Positions 25,350-41,216 are shown, counted from the whole stretch's first letter. The stretch: DNA of 63,582 nt, filler included, from Squatina squatina (GCA_031763465.1; 3 parts of 3 records of this genome joined end to end with filler, not necessarily neighbours in it), one strand, 5' to 3'. A program made the numbers and translations. Notes: generated by a model not told the origin, from the letters alone.

Positions 25350-25438
25350 AAATATTTGTCTTATAATACTCCTGTGAAGCATCTTGGGATGGTTTACTCT
25401 GTTAAAGGTGTTATATAAATACAAGTTGTTGTTATTGT
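25350..25438 (+). mobile_element. L2 LINE 3' tail
   Basis: ataatactcctgtgaagcatcttgggatggtttactctgttaaaggtgttatataaatacaagttgttgtt matches the reverse complement of 26440-26515. Confidence 0.8.
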
Positions 25439-25808
25439 GTCCACAAAGACTGTGCAGTGGTGTCATGGACAGACATTTTTGTTACAGGTAGATTGATGAG
25501 GAAGAGGTTATATAGGTTATTCCCTTCTGTTGGTTCCCTGGCCACCTGGCATTGGTGCCCCCATATATGGTACCCTCCATGTCCCCATATCTTCTTACAT
25601 GCTCACCCTGTCCCTGTCTGTTGCCCCTCCTCCCAAAGCCAGGTACGTGCCTGCGTACAATGAGCAGTCAACAGTCTTTCACAGGCTCCCAGCACCCAAT
25701 AATGCAGCCCTGGTACACCCAGCACATCCTGAGAAATACAACCAAAGCAGCAAGAGAGTGATCACTGTTGATCCAATCAACTGTTTGACCTTTTGACCTC
25801 TTTCTCAG

Positions 25809-25936
25809 ATATATGATCAGGAAGGATCCCTACAACACTTCATTGATGGCAGTGACCCCAGCAAGTCAAACTGGATGAGGTATATCCGATGTGCACGACA
25901 TTGTGGGGAGCAGAACATGACAGTTGTCCAGTACAG
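25809..25936 (+). CDS. PRDM6: PRDM6 coding exon (PR/SET domain)
   Basis: Acceptor tttctcAG, donor CAG|GTAGG. Translates [42 protein letters not shown](R) and continues in phase from the exon ending at 5428. Confidence 0.95.
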
Positions 25937-26214
25937 GTAGGAGATATTTAAATTTTTGACCTATCAATGTGATGCTTAGTCCAACTTTTGGTTTGACTGC
26001 AGAAGTCAAATAAAATCAGGCAGCTATGTATATTAACCTCAGTTGGCTTTATTAATATCCATTGCTTCATCAATGATCTTCCCTCCATCAAAGGTTAGGA
26101 TTGAGATTGCTCAGTTCCATTCACAACACCACCAATAATGAAGCAGCCCATGCTAGCCTACAGTAGGAGTGCAGGTAATATTCACGTTGTATAAGTATAA
26201 GTGCCAGATATGAC

Positions 26215-26439
26215 TAACTCAAACAAGAGAAATCCAAGCCTTCTCCCCCTGACTTTTTAAACGGCACTGCCATCCCCAAGGTCAACCATCATCAATACTT
26301 TGGCAGTCGCCATTGACTCAAAGCTTAATTGGATCAGCCATATCAACAGCATGGCTACAAGAACAGGGCAGAGGCTGGGTATTCTGTGATGAGTGGATCA
26401 CCTCTTGATCCCTAAAAGCCACTCCACCATCTACAAGTC
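26215..26439 (+). mobile_element. LINE ORF2 fragment (CR1/L2 group, shark-type)
   Basis: Decayed frame resembling TIINTLAVAIDSKLNWISHINSMATRTGQRLGIL**VDHLLIPKSHSTIYK. Confidence 0.7.
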
Positions 26440-27324
26440 AACAACAACAACTTGTATTTATATAGTGCCTTTAATGTAGTAAACCATCCCAAGGCACTTC
26501 ATAGGAGTATTATGAGACACAAAATTTGACACCGAGCCACATAAGGTGAAACTAGGGTAGGTGACCAAAAGTTTGGTCAAAGAGGTAGGTTTTAAGGAGT
26601 GTCTTGAAGGAGGAAAGAGAGGCGGAGAGATTTAGGGAGGGAATTCCACCGCTTGAGGCCCAGGCAACAGAAGGCACGACCACCAATGGTTGAGCGATTA
26701 TAATCAGGGATGCTCAAGAGGGTAGAATTTGAGGACAGCTGATATCTCGGGGGGCTGTGGAGCTGAAGGAGATTACAGAGATAGGGAGGGACGAGGCCAT
26801 AGAGGAATTTGAAAACAAGAATGAGAATTTTGAAATCGAGGCGTTGTTTAACTGGGAGCCAATGTAGGTCAGCGAGCAGAGGGGTTCTGGGTGAGCGGGA
26901 CTTGATGCGAGTTAAGACATGGGCAGCTGTGTTTTGGATCACCTCACGTTTATTTAGGGCAGAACGTGGGAGGCCAGCCACGACTGCGTTGGAATAGTCA
27001 AGTCTAGAGGTAACAAAAGTATGGATGAGGGTTTCAGCAGTGGATGAGCTGAGGCAGGGATGGAAGACAGGTGATGTTACAGAGGTGGAAATAGGCGGTC
27101 TCAGTTATGCCGCAGATATGTGGTTAGAAGCTCATTTCAGGATCAAAAATGACACCAAGGTTGCAAACCGTGTGGTTCAGCCTCAGACAGGTGTTGGGGA
27201 GAAGGCCAGAGTCAGTGGCCAGGGAACAGATATTGTGGCAGTGACTGAAAACAATGGCTTTGGTCTTCTCAATATTAATTGGAGACCATTTCTGCTCATC
27301 GGACAAGCAGTCTGACAAGTTAGA
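26440..27324 (-). mobile_element. L2-clade LINE 3' region (RT C-terminus and tail)
   Basis: Minus-strand QLNIEKTKAIVF...NLGVIFDPEMSF and IQNTAAHVLTR...PLLADLHWLPVKQRLDFKILILVFK...GGRAF, ending in a (GTT)n tail at 26440. Confidence 0.92.
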
Positions 27325-27424
27325 NNNNNNNNNNNNNNNNNNNNNNNNNNNNNNNNNNNNNNNNNNNNNNNNNNNNNNNNNNNNNNNNNNNNNNNNNNNN
27401 NNNNNNNNNNNNNNNNNNNNNNNN

Positions 27425-27505
27425 TCATCCATGTGATCTTTAAATGTTTGCCATTGCATATCCACTGTCAACCCTTTAAGTATCACTCGCCAGTCTATCC
27501 TTATC
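27425..27505 (-). mobile_element. CR1 LINE ORF2 fragment (between endonuclease and RT)
   Basis: Translates RIDWRVILKGLTVDMQWQTFKDHMD. Confidence 0.7.
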
Positions 27506-29427
27506 ACCAAAACAACAAAGAGAGGGGTCAGGTGATGTTTTCCTGAAATGCGGGAGGTTGTAAGGATAGGGAATGCCCAATTAGAAACAGCGGGGGATGA
27601 AGACTCAGTGAAAGTTTTTTTTTAAAAAAAAAGGAAAATGGATAAATATTTGAAAAATAAAAATTTAAACGGGGAAATGGGGAATGGGCAGAAGAATGGG
27701 ACTTATTGGATAGCTCTCTCACTGAGTCGGCACAAGCTCAGTGGGCTGAAAGGCTTCATTCTGTGATTAAAATTCTATGAATCTATTATAAAAGGGACAA
27801 ATTGAGTTTGGTAAAGCTTCTGGCATTAACAATAACACCAAAGCGGTGAAACACTGCTACCAGTGGAAAATGCATGGGACATCAAAAAGAACATTAGCAC
27901 GAATAAACCTAAAAATAGGGATATTAATGCTCTGAAAAGCATGGTAGGAAAAATAGCTGCCTGTAATCATTCACAGGTCTCCATTGTGCTATCCTATGAC
28001 AGAAGGATTGCTGGGACTTCCACCTTGCACAAGTGTTTCTCAGACAGCATTCCAACTACTCTATTGTGGGAGTAGAATTTGTTAGTGCAGAGAACAAAGA
28101 AATATAGTGAGTGATTGCTTAAGTAGGTTTTATATATCTCCCCTCTCCAACCATTGCCACATAATAGACACAGTCATAGGGTGCACAAAGGGATTTATTT
28201 TTATCTACTACCACAGGCACATTTTTAGAGACGAGTTAATGACATTAGGTCACATCTGCAATTTAGGATCAGTAATGCATGAGATGGAATTCTGCAAAGC
28301 TCTCCCATTTAAACAGAACCTTGCTAGTGGTGAGCGCAGGTTATATAATTGGGGTTATAGTTTTAGAACTCTATCTCTGACCTATGCTTAGGTCTAGCAG
28401 AGCTTCACAAAATTGCTCCCATGGTGTTAAACATAATGGTCTTGCTTCAGTGGAAATGGTTGTGCAAAGATTTGCTTGTCAGTAGTCTTCACATTAGCAG
28501 ATTTCTGAGGGATAATTTCACAAGGTTCTGCTATGGATCTGGAGTTTTGGCAGCAACGAGCCCTGGTTGGATAATCAGAGCAATAGTGTTAGAGCTCATT
28601 GTTGCTCCACATTCATGTCAGCAACAGAGTCTCATGAAATTACCCCTTGATATATTTAAAATTTATATAGTAAGAAAAGTTTGAGTGACTTAATACTCCA
28701 ACATAGTTCCAGGCTCTGTGATTGAAAGGTACAGTACTAGAAATGCAGATCCAAGGCCACTTTGACATTTATACAGTCATGATTGAGAAGTATTGATCTC
28801 CTGAACCAAAAAGACTCCCCTGAAATATCTTCAAACCTTAAGTCATTGGCATGCCCAGGAAAATGACAAGCTCCCTGATCTGGCCATTTTTTAAAAGTTT
28901 TGATCTGACACAGAGTGATGCTGAGACAATCGTTAATATTACAGTAATAAAGGTACTCAAATAATAGCAGTTGTTTTATAGTTGCAATATTATCCTTAAA
29001 CTACTGAAATAAATACCTGAAAAACTATTTTAAATAAAAATTAAAACAATTCTTCCGCATTCCCTATTCTGCTTTATTATTTTAACTTCATTTCATTTAT
29101 TTCCCTTTTTTCTGAAAGCAAGCTATAAAACACTTTTCAACCTATTTCCTTCTGGTTTCCCAGATCCACTTTGGAGCTGGGGCAACCTCTGAAAAATTTG
29201 GGATTTAATTGTCTGAAAATGAAGATGGAACATTAGCTCATGAACAAAAACAAGAAAGAAGTTATATTTTTATAACTATAAGCATACCCAGCGATGATGA
29301 AAAAACAGTAATATAGTTCCAAGTCAGGATGTGTGTGATTTGGAGGGGAACTTGGAAGTGGTGGTGATGCCATGTGTCTACTGNNNNNNNNNNNNNNNNN
29401 NNNNNNNNNNNNNNNNNNNNNNNNNNN

Positions 29428-29439
29428 TTAATTAATTAA
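29428..29439. other. Artificial contig-joining linker TTAATTAATTAA inside a gap
   Basis: 12-mer with stops in all six frames, flanked by 44 N on each side (100 bp total). Identical arrangement at 49749-49760. Confidence 0.95.
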
Positions 29440-30243
29440 NNNNNNNNNNNNNNNNNNNNNNNNNNNNNNNNNNNNNNNNNNNNTAAGCACATTTTCCAGC
29501 AAGCCACTCTCAATCACCTTCCCGCTGCCCTCGACAACCCTAAACTTAATGTTATCTCACCCAGAGCAAATTAATGAGGCTACAGTTCCATCTTCCCGTG
29601 GGAAGCAATGTCCCTGTGACCTCACAGATTGCATCTGGACTACTTTGATAATGAGTTGCTTGCTCCTTGAAGCTCGGACACTGTAAACAATGTCAGCACT
29701 TTGTGCTGGAGAGGAGGAGTCCTGACTGACATTGCATCAGTAATGGAGTAAACATTTGCTACCTATAACGCAAGTTGATCTTGCATTAAAAAAAACACTA
29801 ATGGAAGGCAGAAGCTCAGTGCTTCGAAACATTTATGCTGAATCCATTGTTGCAGGATTTCAGACAGCAAATATGTACAGCAGGAACCCTGAGGAGTATG
29901 GTCCTTGGCCAGCCCATCCATTATCTGTCCCTCAAAAAAACCCAGCTCTATATGAATGTTAACAACCAAATACTAGCAGTTTAGGTAACGAATTTACTTC
30001 AAAAAATATACATTTTGACAGAAAAATTGGACTTAGATGTTTAATAATGCAGATGCATTATCAACAGTGATGAACAGTGATGCTTTCCTCAAAAGAGAAC
30101 ATTTTTTCAGGGCTACATTTGGAATGCTGAGGATCTTCATGTGTGGCTTTCAAACAAAATTGACACCATGTTAGTTGCATCTTTATAACATTTTTGATCT
30201 TTTAACACAATTGAGATTCAAGGACAAGTATGGTGCCCTTTTA

Positions 30244-30340
30244 TATGTCAGCTGGCTCAGTTGCTGACACTCACTGAGTCAAGGCCCACACCAGCATTTG
30301 AGCACATAATCTAGGATAATATTGAGGCACAGGACTGAGG
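30244..30340 (+). mobile_element. SINE 5' portion (tRNA-derived head, Deu-SINE/SacSINE1-like), decayed
   Basis: A-box-like tggctcagttg followed by ttgagcacataatctagg...ggactgagg. Confidence 0.55.
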
Positions 30341-31238
30341 NNNNNNNNNNNNNNNNNNNNNNNNNNNNNNNNNNNNNNNNNNNNNNNNNNNNNNNNNNNN
30401 NNNNNNNNNNNNNNNNNNNNNNNNNNNNNNNNNNNNNNNNCGCATTAGGAAGTACTGAGCTCATGAAAGGCATTATATCAATGCAAGTTCTTTTTCCTCC
30501 TTCTCTGAACTGCAGGAGTTTCAGATTTGATGAGAAAATCAGAAGCCCTCAATAACACAGGCAGGAAAACACAAAACTCTGTTAATCAAGAAGAGTTTGC
30601 ACATATGAGTTTTCAGCTTAATTTCAAAATCTCGGCTGAGACAACTCAACTGCGCTAGAAACTCACAAAAAGGCTGCTGAGATCTTCCAAGTCAAACCAG
30701 TTTGTTTCATGGGATTGAAAGGCTCTTTTTCACATGAAGGCCGGGCACACTGATGTGGTCAGCTAGATGTGTAATGCCCCAGTTATACTATGGGTATAGT
30801 TCTGCTAATCTGAAACAGCAGCCAAGGTTAAGAGAGGTGATTGCTGCTGATAATCATTGTTTTCAGTGCAACGACTAATTTTATTATGTTCCATAATTTA
30901 AAATATCTTCCAGCAGGAACCTAATCGAACTAGGCCTGTTGCGCCAGCAATTGTTAAAAATGTCACTAGCACTCAGAGTCTGGTGTGCAGATTCATTGTA
31001 TGTTTGATTACAGATGTCTGGATGCTTTGCTTCCCCTTCACTCAACAATGATGCAAGTGGTCAGTATAATCATGGCAGTCCACGCAGTCTGCTATTAAAG
31101 GTGCACCNNNNNNNNNNNNNNNNNNNNNNNNNNNNNNNNNNNNNNNNNNNNNNNNNNNNNNNNNNNNNNNNNNNNNNNNNNNNNNNNNNNNNNNNNNNNN
31201 NNNNNNNTTTTAATTTTATAACTGTGACAAGTATATAT

Positions 31239-31950
31239 GGGGCTAGAAATTGAGTTGCGACCCATTTGGGGCAATAACTTTTGCGGGAGCACAAAAGTAT
31301 CACCGGGCGAAAGAGATTTTCAGCTGACAGGAACTTCTACTTGAGCGCTCCAAGAGGGAAGTGGAGTGCTCAATCAAATGCCATCACTTCCCTTGGAGCA
31401 CTAAAGGGAGTGAGAGGGGCAGTAGCGGCAGAGCGCTGCACAATGTTCAGTGCAGTGCTGTCACCTGAAAAGGCTTCTTCCCTCGCTTAAAGGGAATGGT
31501 CACTGCTGGGGTGACAGAGTTTTCCCGCTGTCTATGTTTGTCCACGGCACCCGCGCTACGTCCAAAGCAGCCCTAAGCACTCTAAGTGAGTGCAGGGCTA
31601 AGAAATCGCGGAGTCCAAAAAAAGCCAAAAACACCACACTGGGGAAATAAATGTTGCCCCACCTGACCACCACTGCCTTTAATTAGCGCTCCCCAAGTGG
31701 CCAACCGAGGTGACAACGCCTCCTGCAGCTGTCGTCGTTGACACCCGGTGGGAGCGAATATTGCATCCGGGGCGGTAGTTGGTCGCTGCGCACCGGACGA
31801 GCGTGGCGGTAAGTGTTAGCTCCAGCGCAAAACCGCCAAGGAAGTTCACGGACGTCGCTGAATTCACTGAGCCCGGTTGGTAACCCCTTTGATCTCCGTT
31901 ACTGTCCTCTGCAGATGCTAATGGGAGGTACAAAACAGCTGAATTTCTCT
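31239..31950. mobile_element. GC-rich non-autonomous DNA element (MITE-like)
   Basis: Sharp GC/CpG-rich island beginning ggggctagaaatt and ending near gctgaatttctc; no credible protein. Confidence 0.5.
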
Positions 31951-32457
31951 GATAATGCATTTATTTTAGTGATGAATACAGAGGCAGATGCTATATAAAT
32001 TGAAAGCTGAAGAGGTAATTTTGAACCATGGCCAGCATAATCATTTTCAATGAGATAAGGTAATAAAAAGGAGTTAGAGAAGCCAGTCTTGATGAAGAAG
32101 AAGTAAGAACAGGATAATCATTTTTTGGCAGCAAATTCATAGCCAGCATAACTAAAAATCATGTTGTACATCACCACTGAATTACAAATGATGGAAATTT
32201 ATTAGCATTAATTATTCATTACAGCTGTAAGTATTTTGGTTTTATTGATTGTATACTAACAATATTTTGGAATGGCATGGCATTGAGTGTGTACCAAAGT
32301 GGTTGAGGGTTTGACTCTGGTGACAGTTACTTGCTACCCTGTTTGCCAGCCTGTGTGGTGATTCACAGTACACTTGCCTGAGCTAGTCTGTGGTATCATG
32401 GAATTAAACATATGGCCCTGAAGTTGCGATCGGAGGCTTCCTGCGTGCGGTTGCCTC

Positions 32458-32533
32458 TGATCAGCCATGATCATATTGAATGGCGGTGCAGGCTCGAAGG
32501 GCCTAATGGCCTACTCCTGCACCTATTTTCTAT
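32458..32533 (+). mobile_element. CR1/HER1 LINE (or HE1 SINE) 3' tail
   Basis: gatcagccatgatcatattgaatggcggtgcaggctcgaagggcctaatggcctactcctgcacctattttctat. Confidence 0.85.
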
Positions 32534-34395
32534 NNNNNNNNNNNNNNNNNNNNNNNNNNNNNNNNNNNNNNNNNNNNNNNNNNNNNNNNNNNNNNNNNNN
32601 NNNNNNNNNNNNNNNNNNNNNNNNNNNNNNNNNCCTGCTGCTCTTTCAGCCACTGTCTAGTGAGGATCAAATAAGGAAAAAGAAAATGAAAAAATACTAA
32701 AATAAAACTGTAAAAATGCAAATACATACTTTGTTAAGTCAATCACGCCCTGCTTGACCTTTATAATATTCATAGACGCACTGGGCTGGATCTGAGACTA
32801 GTGTCATGTATCACCACTCACAGGAATAATAGCGTTGGTAGCCATGTGTGGAAATGGAAAGAAAATAGAGGGGTAGAAAGTAATTAGAGACACAGAGGAA
32901 CTGGATGGCTTCCACATTCAAAGTGATAAATCTAGCTTGGTTTGATGATTACTGTCGTGCTGTTTCAGTCTTACAAAGACCATAAAAACAGGCATTTATC
33001 TTCAGCTTAAGCTTTAAGAAAAGAAATTCAATATTTACCCGTAACCTCAGCGCCTCCAGATAAATCAGCATATAGAGATTTCTTTTCTCACTCATGTTGC
33101 GATTAAAAAAAAAACTGAAGGATGAAAAAGAAAAAATCATATATAAAAATTACATTTTTCCTTGTATAATTTGCACTCCCTCCACTTCTCATCTCTTCTA
33201 TTATCTCTGTTTTTGTAATTCAGATTTTCTCTCGCCATGAACAGGACATCCGAGCACTGACTACAGCATTAGATTTCAGTATAAAGTTGAGTTGCCTAAA
33301 AGTATCGGCTATGCTACTTCCATTTCCACACAATCATATTCAGTATTCTAAGAGTCTGCCGTGACTGGCAGGGGAGCAGAATTTGGGAGAACGATACTTA
33401 TTCCAACAAAAATATGATAAAAATAGCACTCGGAGCCTCAAAAACATTATAGGGTCTAATAGCATTAAGCCCAATGTGAATTTTACTTTGTGCACACACC
33501 TGTTTCAGTTGAAAATCTTAAAGAAGTANNNNNNNNNNNNNNNNNNNNNNNNNNNNNNNNNNNNNNNNNNNNNNNNNNNNNNNNNNNNNNNNNNNNNNNN
33601 NNNNNNNNNNNNNNNNNNNNNNNNNNNNTGGATTCGTTTTAGTTTGCCACCTGCACTATTTTTGCTCAAAGCTTTCCCACAGAAACTGTCATTTTATTAA
33701 TTGAATCCAGTGTCATTAAAACATGGATTCAGACACATTTCTCCTTTCAGACTTTCGGTCAAAAGATTACATAAGAATGTCTGCACTGCAGTGTAAGAAT
33801 CCAAGGTTAGCATTTTCTTGCAGTCTATAAAACAAACTGGGGCAGCTTTTCACCAGGTACCTCGCTCTCTCTCCCTCCCTCCTTCTAGCCTTTGGATGTT
33901 AGCAGACCGACTCTGAGGAGTTTTAACATAAAGAGGGGAGACTTCAGACACAACTCCACAGATCTGAGCTGTAGCATTCCATTCTGCTACCACGTTCCCT
34001 GGAAGTCATCACCCAACACTTACAGGGAAATAAAGCTGAAGGCATCACCCAGCCCCCTCCCCATTCAGACCCCTTCTCCTTTGTGTCCAACAGCGAGCTT
34101 TGCAGATGGGTTTCTGCTTGTCTGAGTGTTCTTTTGATAGGCAGTTGGCATCCACCAATCAAGTGTTGGGAGTCAGCTGATTGCTGTATTATAGTACCAG
34201 GTGCTAACATTACCACAAGCAGTGGAAGGAGTCTGCGCTGGGGACAGTGGATCCTCGGAGCTTGTAGTAAACCTCGTGTGCTGTTGCAGTCAGCAGAGAT
34301 TTCTACAGGCAACAGAAATGCCATTAAAGAATCTGTAGTTTATTTATTTATTTTTTTGTGCAGAAGCTGATGGAAGAAATCCTGCTGAGAGTCTG

Positions 34396-34443
34396 AAGAG
34401 AGAGAGAGAGTGTAAGTGTTTGAGAGAGAGAGAGAGAGAGAGA
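34396..34443. repeat. (GA)n microsatellite
   Basis: Visible interrupted GA runs. Confidence 0.85.
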
Positions 34444-35014
34444 CTGTTGGGTGTTTGCAATTAACTAAATGAATCCTTCACAGTGACTGCACACAACACT
34501 CTGCTGAGTGCCCCAATTCACCGTACAAGCACAGTTTTCACTCAGTATATAACCTGCAGCTGGATACAACACTTCAGTTTACTTGGGTAAGGCTCTGCTA
34601 TTTTTTTTCCTCTCTCTTGAGTGCTTTGTGTTAGATGTGTAATTCCTCGAGCAATTATTAATTTGACCAGTTTTTTTTAGCTGAAATGATTGTCTGCTAA
34701 GCAGAGGCATGTGCGTGCCCTAATCTCTGATTTGCATTTAAATGCGACTGCATTCTGGAAGGAGCTTTCCTCCTCTTATTCACACGCAGGAATCTGAAGA
34801 GACAATAGGCCGTAAAGAAGGAGAGTGAAAAGCCCAGCATAGGCCCTGTGTTTCTAAGATCGTATAGTCCCCTGTCACCTTAAAGCTTAGGAAGGGGCTG
34901 GGTAGAGAGCTTCACCTTCGCTGCTGTCTGTCCCACTCTTGAAAGGCAGCACCCTCTGTACCTCATCCCAGCGTCATAGAAGAAGGGCTCCCAGACAAAA
35001 GGCTGCCAGCAAGT

Positions 35015-35363
35015 TGTGTGAGAGCGTGTGTGAATGTGTGTATTTGAGAGTGTGTGTGTGTGTGTGTGTGTGTGAGTGTGTGTGAGAGACAGTGTGCGTA
35101 TGTGTGTGAGAATGTGTGTGTGTGAGAGAATGTGTGAGAGGGTGTGCGTGTGTGAGAGAGAGTGTGTGAGAGATTTTGTGTGAGAGAGAGTGTGTGTGTG
35201 TGTGAGAGAGAGAGTGTGTGTGAGAGGGTGTGTGAGAGAGTGTGTGTGTGTGTGTGCGTGTGTTAGTGTGTGAGAGTGTTTGTGAGAATGCGTGTGTGTG
35301 CGGGTGAGACTGTGTGAGAGCGTGTGTGAGTGTGTGTATTTGAGAGTGTGTGTGTGTGAGAGA
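35015..35363. repeat. Compound (GT)n/(GA)n microsatellite
   Basis: Visible; runs into a gap. Confidence 0.95.
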
Positions 35364-35669
35364 NNNNNNNNNNNNNNNNNNNNNNNNNNNNNNNNNNNNN
35401 NNNNNNNNNNNNNNNNNNNNNNNNNNNNNNNNNNNNNNNNNNNNNNNNNNNNNNNNNNNNNNNTAAGCTGTAGACTACCAGCATCTCTATTCTACAATAC
35501 AAACAAAGTTGGAAAAACTCAGCAGGTTGAGAGAGAGATTTGTTTTCACTCCACAGATGCTGCCCACCTGAGCTTTTTCTGATTCCAACATCTGCAGTAT
35601 TTTGCTTTAGTATCTCTATTCTACACTCTTAAAAGATGCTACTGTCTGATTTTCTTTCATGTCTTGCAG

Positions 35670-37908
<2,239 letters not shown>

Positions 37909-40283
37909 NNNNNNNNNNNNNNNNNNNNNNNNNNNNNNNNNNNNNNNNNNNNNNNNNNNNNNNNNNNNNNNNNNNNNNNNNNNNNNNNNNNNNNNNNNNN
38001 NNNNNNNNGGTTAATCCCGCATTGCGATCCCCGTGCCTGTTTTCAGGGGCTATCCAATTTAGCACCCCCCACCCAAGGGTTTGAAATGCAGAATGCTCTG
38101 CTCACTAAGTACAAAATGGTGACACTCCATCATTGTGAAACAGGCAGGAGGTTGCTGTCCACAGACTCGTTGATGAAGAATTCCCTTTGATAGTGGCAGG
38201 AAGCATGATTAAAATGTTAATGGATGCAGCATTTGCCAGAAGGATATGTGATTTAAAATACCAGAAAGGAAATGCAACTGTTAAAACCCATTGTCTACCA
38301 TGCAGAGAGGACTCTTAAAACTGTTTTGCTTCATCGCTTCAAAGAAATGCCTTTACATCAAAGAGGTTCCACAGGCTAAATATCCCAATCTCACCAGTTC
38401 AGTCCTGGTGAGAACACAACAAGCTTCCTATTTGAGGTTCACATATTCTATGCGTAATATCTCATTCAAAGATACACTTTGAGACTGCAGACTCTATATT
38501 AAAGAGTAGGATAAGTCTCAGTTGATTCATCCAAAGAAAATTCCATTTAAAAAAAACTACAAACCGGGAGCTTTTTGATAAGGGGATATTAACCCTTTGA
38601 GGACTGATTCACATTCTCTCACATAAATATTGTGTTGTTTGGTATCTTGCATATATTTTTGCTTCCAATATTCTTTTGCAAGGATTTGCAAATAGAGCTT
38701 TCATAAGTCCAAGGTTCTAGTTCAATCAAGTTAAATCTCTTTTCTGCTAAAACAGATATTTTTAGCAGAGAACAGAGTAAACTTGCTTTGATGGGTAAAA
38801 ATAAAAGCTCGTCACTGATCATCATTTAAAATTCTAAAATAAGATCGATGTTGCGCTATTTTGGAAGATTATTTCCCGAAGAGAATCCCCAGTGTATTAG
38901 AAGCAGAACAACTGCTGACATTAATATCTGATTTTCACAATCATTTTGGAACATGAAAGAATGCTTTGTACAAAGATTTCCAAAATGTGTCTCGTTAGGT
39001 TTTTCTTTTTTTCTATTACTTCTGATAGTTTAGCCTGGGTTTTCTGCCAGTTTGAGAGCAGGTGCATGGAAATGAGGCGGTAATGGCATGGCGATCTCAT
39101 ACGTCCCATTTTTCCATTATTTCTGTCTCGTTTTTGCTCGGCAGTAATTGTGCTTGTTTTATGTGGGNNNNNNNNNNNNNNNNNNNNNNNNNNNNNNNNN
39201 NNNNNNNNNNNNNNNNNNNNNNNNNNNNNNNNNNNNNNNNNNNNNNNNNNNNNNNNNNNNNNNNNNNCAGACCTGTGTTAATTACACAACAATTGATCTT
39301 ACCCTCATTGCCCAGTGCCAATCGCCAGTCAGATTCATTACTCCGGACCCAAGAATGTAACCCAGGCCACTGCAACAGAACAAATAAGACACATTTAGCT
39401 CTCCTAATCTACCAACAGCAAAGTTCATTCTGTATTATAAACCCTTGTCTGCCCAACTCACAATTCTTCTACTTTACACCTCCCAGCTGTACTAGTCAGT
39501 TCCAAAGTCAGAGAACTGGACTTAACCTAAATCAGTTCTTATTTAATTGAAGGATTACGTGAAAGGTGATTAGATCCTAAATCATTCCTGTCAGAGTCAA
39601 GTTCCTGTTGACCCAGGATTGAAAGATAATTAGCAATCTTTCAAACTCAACTGAATTTGGAGGTCTGAAAGGTGAAGAAAAGGAACTTGGACCACTTGTA
39701 TAGGAAAGCACCACCCATTCAGTCAATGTCAGGACTAACACCTGGGTTAAAGCGTGATCATAACAGGAATATCTACCAGAAAATTGCATCCTCTTTTTAA
39801 AGTCTTGGAAGTGAAATAGTTCTGCAAAAGTGAATGTTGGAGCTCCTGCTCTGTTTTACTGATGGTTGCAGCTCATTAGGTACTAAATGTTAGTAACCGT
39901 CTCTACTAATTGCCCACTGCTAATGATTTCTCTGCGGATCTAATTAATTTCCACTTCCGAAAGGTTGCACAACTGACATTTAGTGAGCTCAAACTTTTAC
40001 ACAAAAACAATTTTGTAAATTATTATGCTGTGATTATGGATAGGATTTGCAGTCTTCTTATTTAACTTAAAGGAAATAAATGAAACAATCATTAAAAGAG
40101 GAACTAGTGTCAGAAATAGATATATGCTGTATTTGAATATATGAAATAAGAAAATCTACCTTATGTTTTACATTCACCTTAACNNNNNNNNNNNNNNNNN
40201 NNNNNNNNNNNNNNNNNNNNNNNNNNNNNNNNNNNNNNNNNNNNNNNNNNNNNNNNNNNNNNNNNNNNNNNNNNNNNNNNNNN

Positions 40284-40361
40284 CATGATCATATTGAATG
40301 GCGGTGCAGGCTCAAAGGGCCTAATGGCCTACTCCTGCACCTATTTTCTATGTTTCTATGA
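40284..40361 (+). mobile_element. CR1/HER1 LINE (or HE1 SINE) 3' tail
   Basis: catgatcatattgaatggcggtgcaggctcaaagggcctaatggcctactcctgcacctattttctatgtttctatg, ending in the octamer repeat. Confidence 0.88.
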
Positions 40362-41202
40362 TGGGGGAGCATGGAAGAAATCTAGCTTTCTAAAATGTAG
40401 TTATGTTGACTGATGGCGGGTCGTAACAAATTTTACATCCAGTATAAACAGACTTACAAAACTCACGTGCACTCTCACACACACGCGCTGTACCCATATG
40501 AAAGGCTGAAAATGCACATTACCTCATCACAAAATGCTCTGCTTTCATTGGAGAATATGTCCTTTGAAGCCCCAAACCTGTGTTAAATAAATAACATTGA
40601 TGAGGCTAACAATCGAGTGATGTAGGGATAAGAAAATGCTCCAATCAAACAGCATCACTTGATGAAAACAAGTCTCAGATTTAGAAACAAGCATTGCAGA
40701 ATGGAAAAAGGTTTCTTCTCCAGCCGTTACGATCATGGTCCATCGGCACCAACTATCTTGGAACACGCCTGAAAGGAACATCCACATGATTAAATGGTGT
40801 TCACAGGTGTCAGAGTGTTAGTGTTACTCATTTCTAAAAAGGTTTCATGGCAAATTTGAACTACAAGTAACACAAGTTAGAGACGAACAGTTTATAAGGC
40901 ACAGTATGCGAGAGGCTGAAAATAAAATGACCAGCAACAGTATTCACACCACTAAAGGTTCATTTTATACCCTGTAAAACAGCGAGTGTCCCATCCATGG
41001 CCTGTGGGCTATTGTCAGCTCTCCAGCCCCATGGAGACCTGTCTCAATTCCACTTGTCACATTCCCGAGATGAGATTGGGAACTTATTGCCTGGAGAATT
41101 TCAGGAGACAATTCGCATTCATCCATTCCGTGGCACTTACATTAGTCTATCAGCGCCTGAGTCACTGACTGCAAATGTGTTTGACTTTGCTAAGTGAGCA
41201 GC

Positions 41203-41216
41203 GTCGCTATGGCAAC
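41203..41216. promoter_or_regulatory. Candidate RFX X-box motif GTCGCTATGGCAAC
   Basis: 12/14 match to the canonical palindrome GTTGCCATGGCAAC in non-repetitive-looking sequence; function not shown. Confidence 0.4.

Noticed and set aside
29428-29439. TTAATTAATTAA as a biological motif
   Set aside because: Centred in N runs with identical geometry twice; a synthetic spacer.
30244-30340. tRNA gene
   Set aside because: Only a decayed A-box-like SINE head; no cloverleaf.
38009-38084. Novel LRRN1 C-terminus (VNPALRSP...)
   Set aside because: It lies beyond a 100-N placeholder gap and looks like a MITE end, not the conserved LRRN1 tail.
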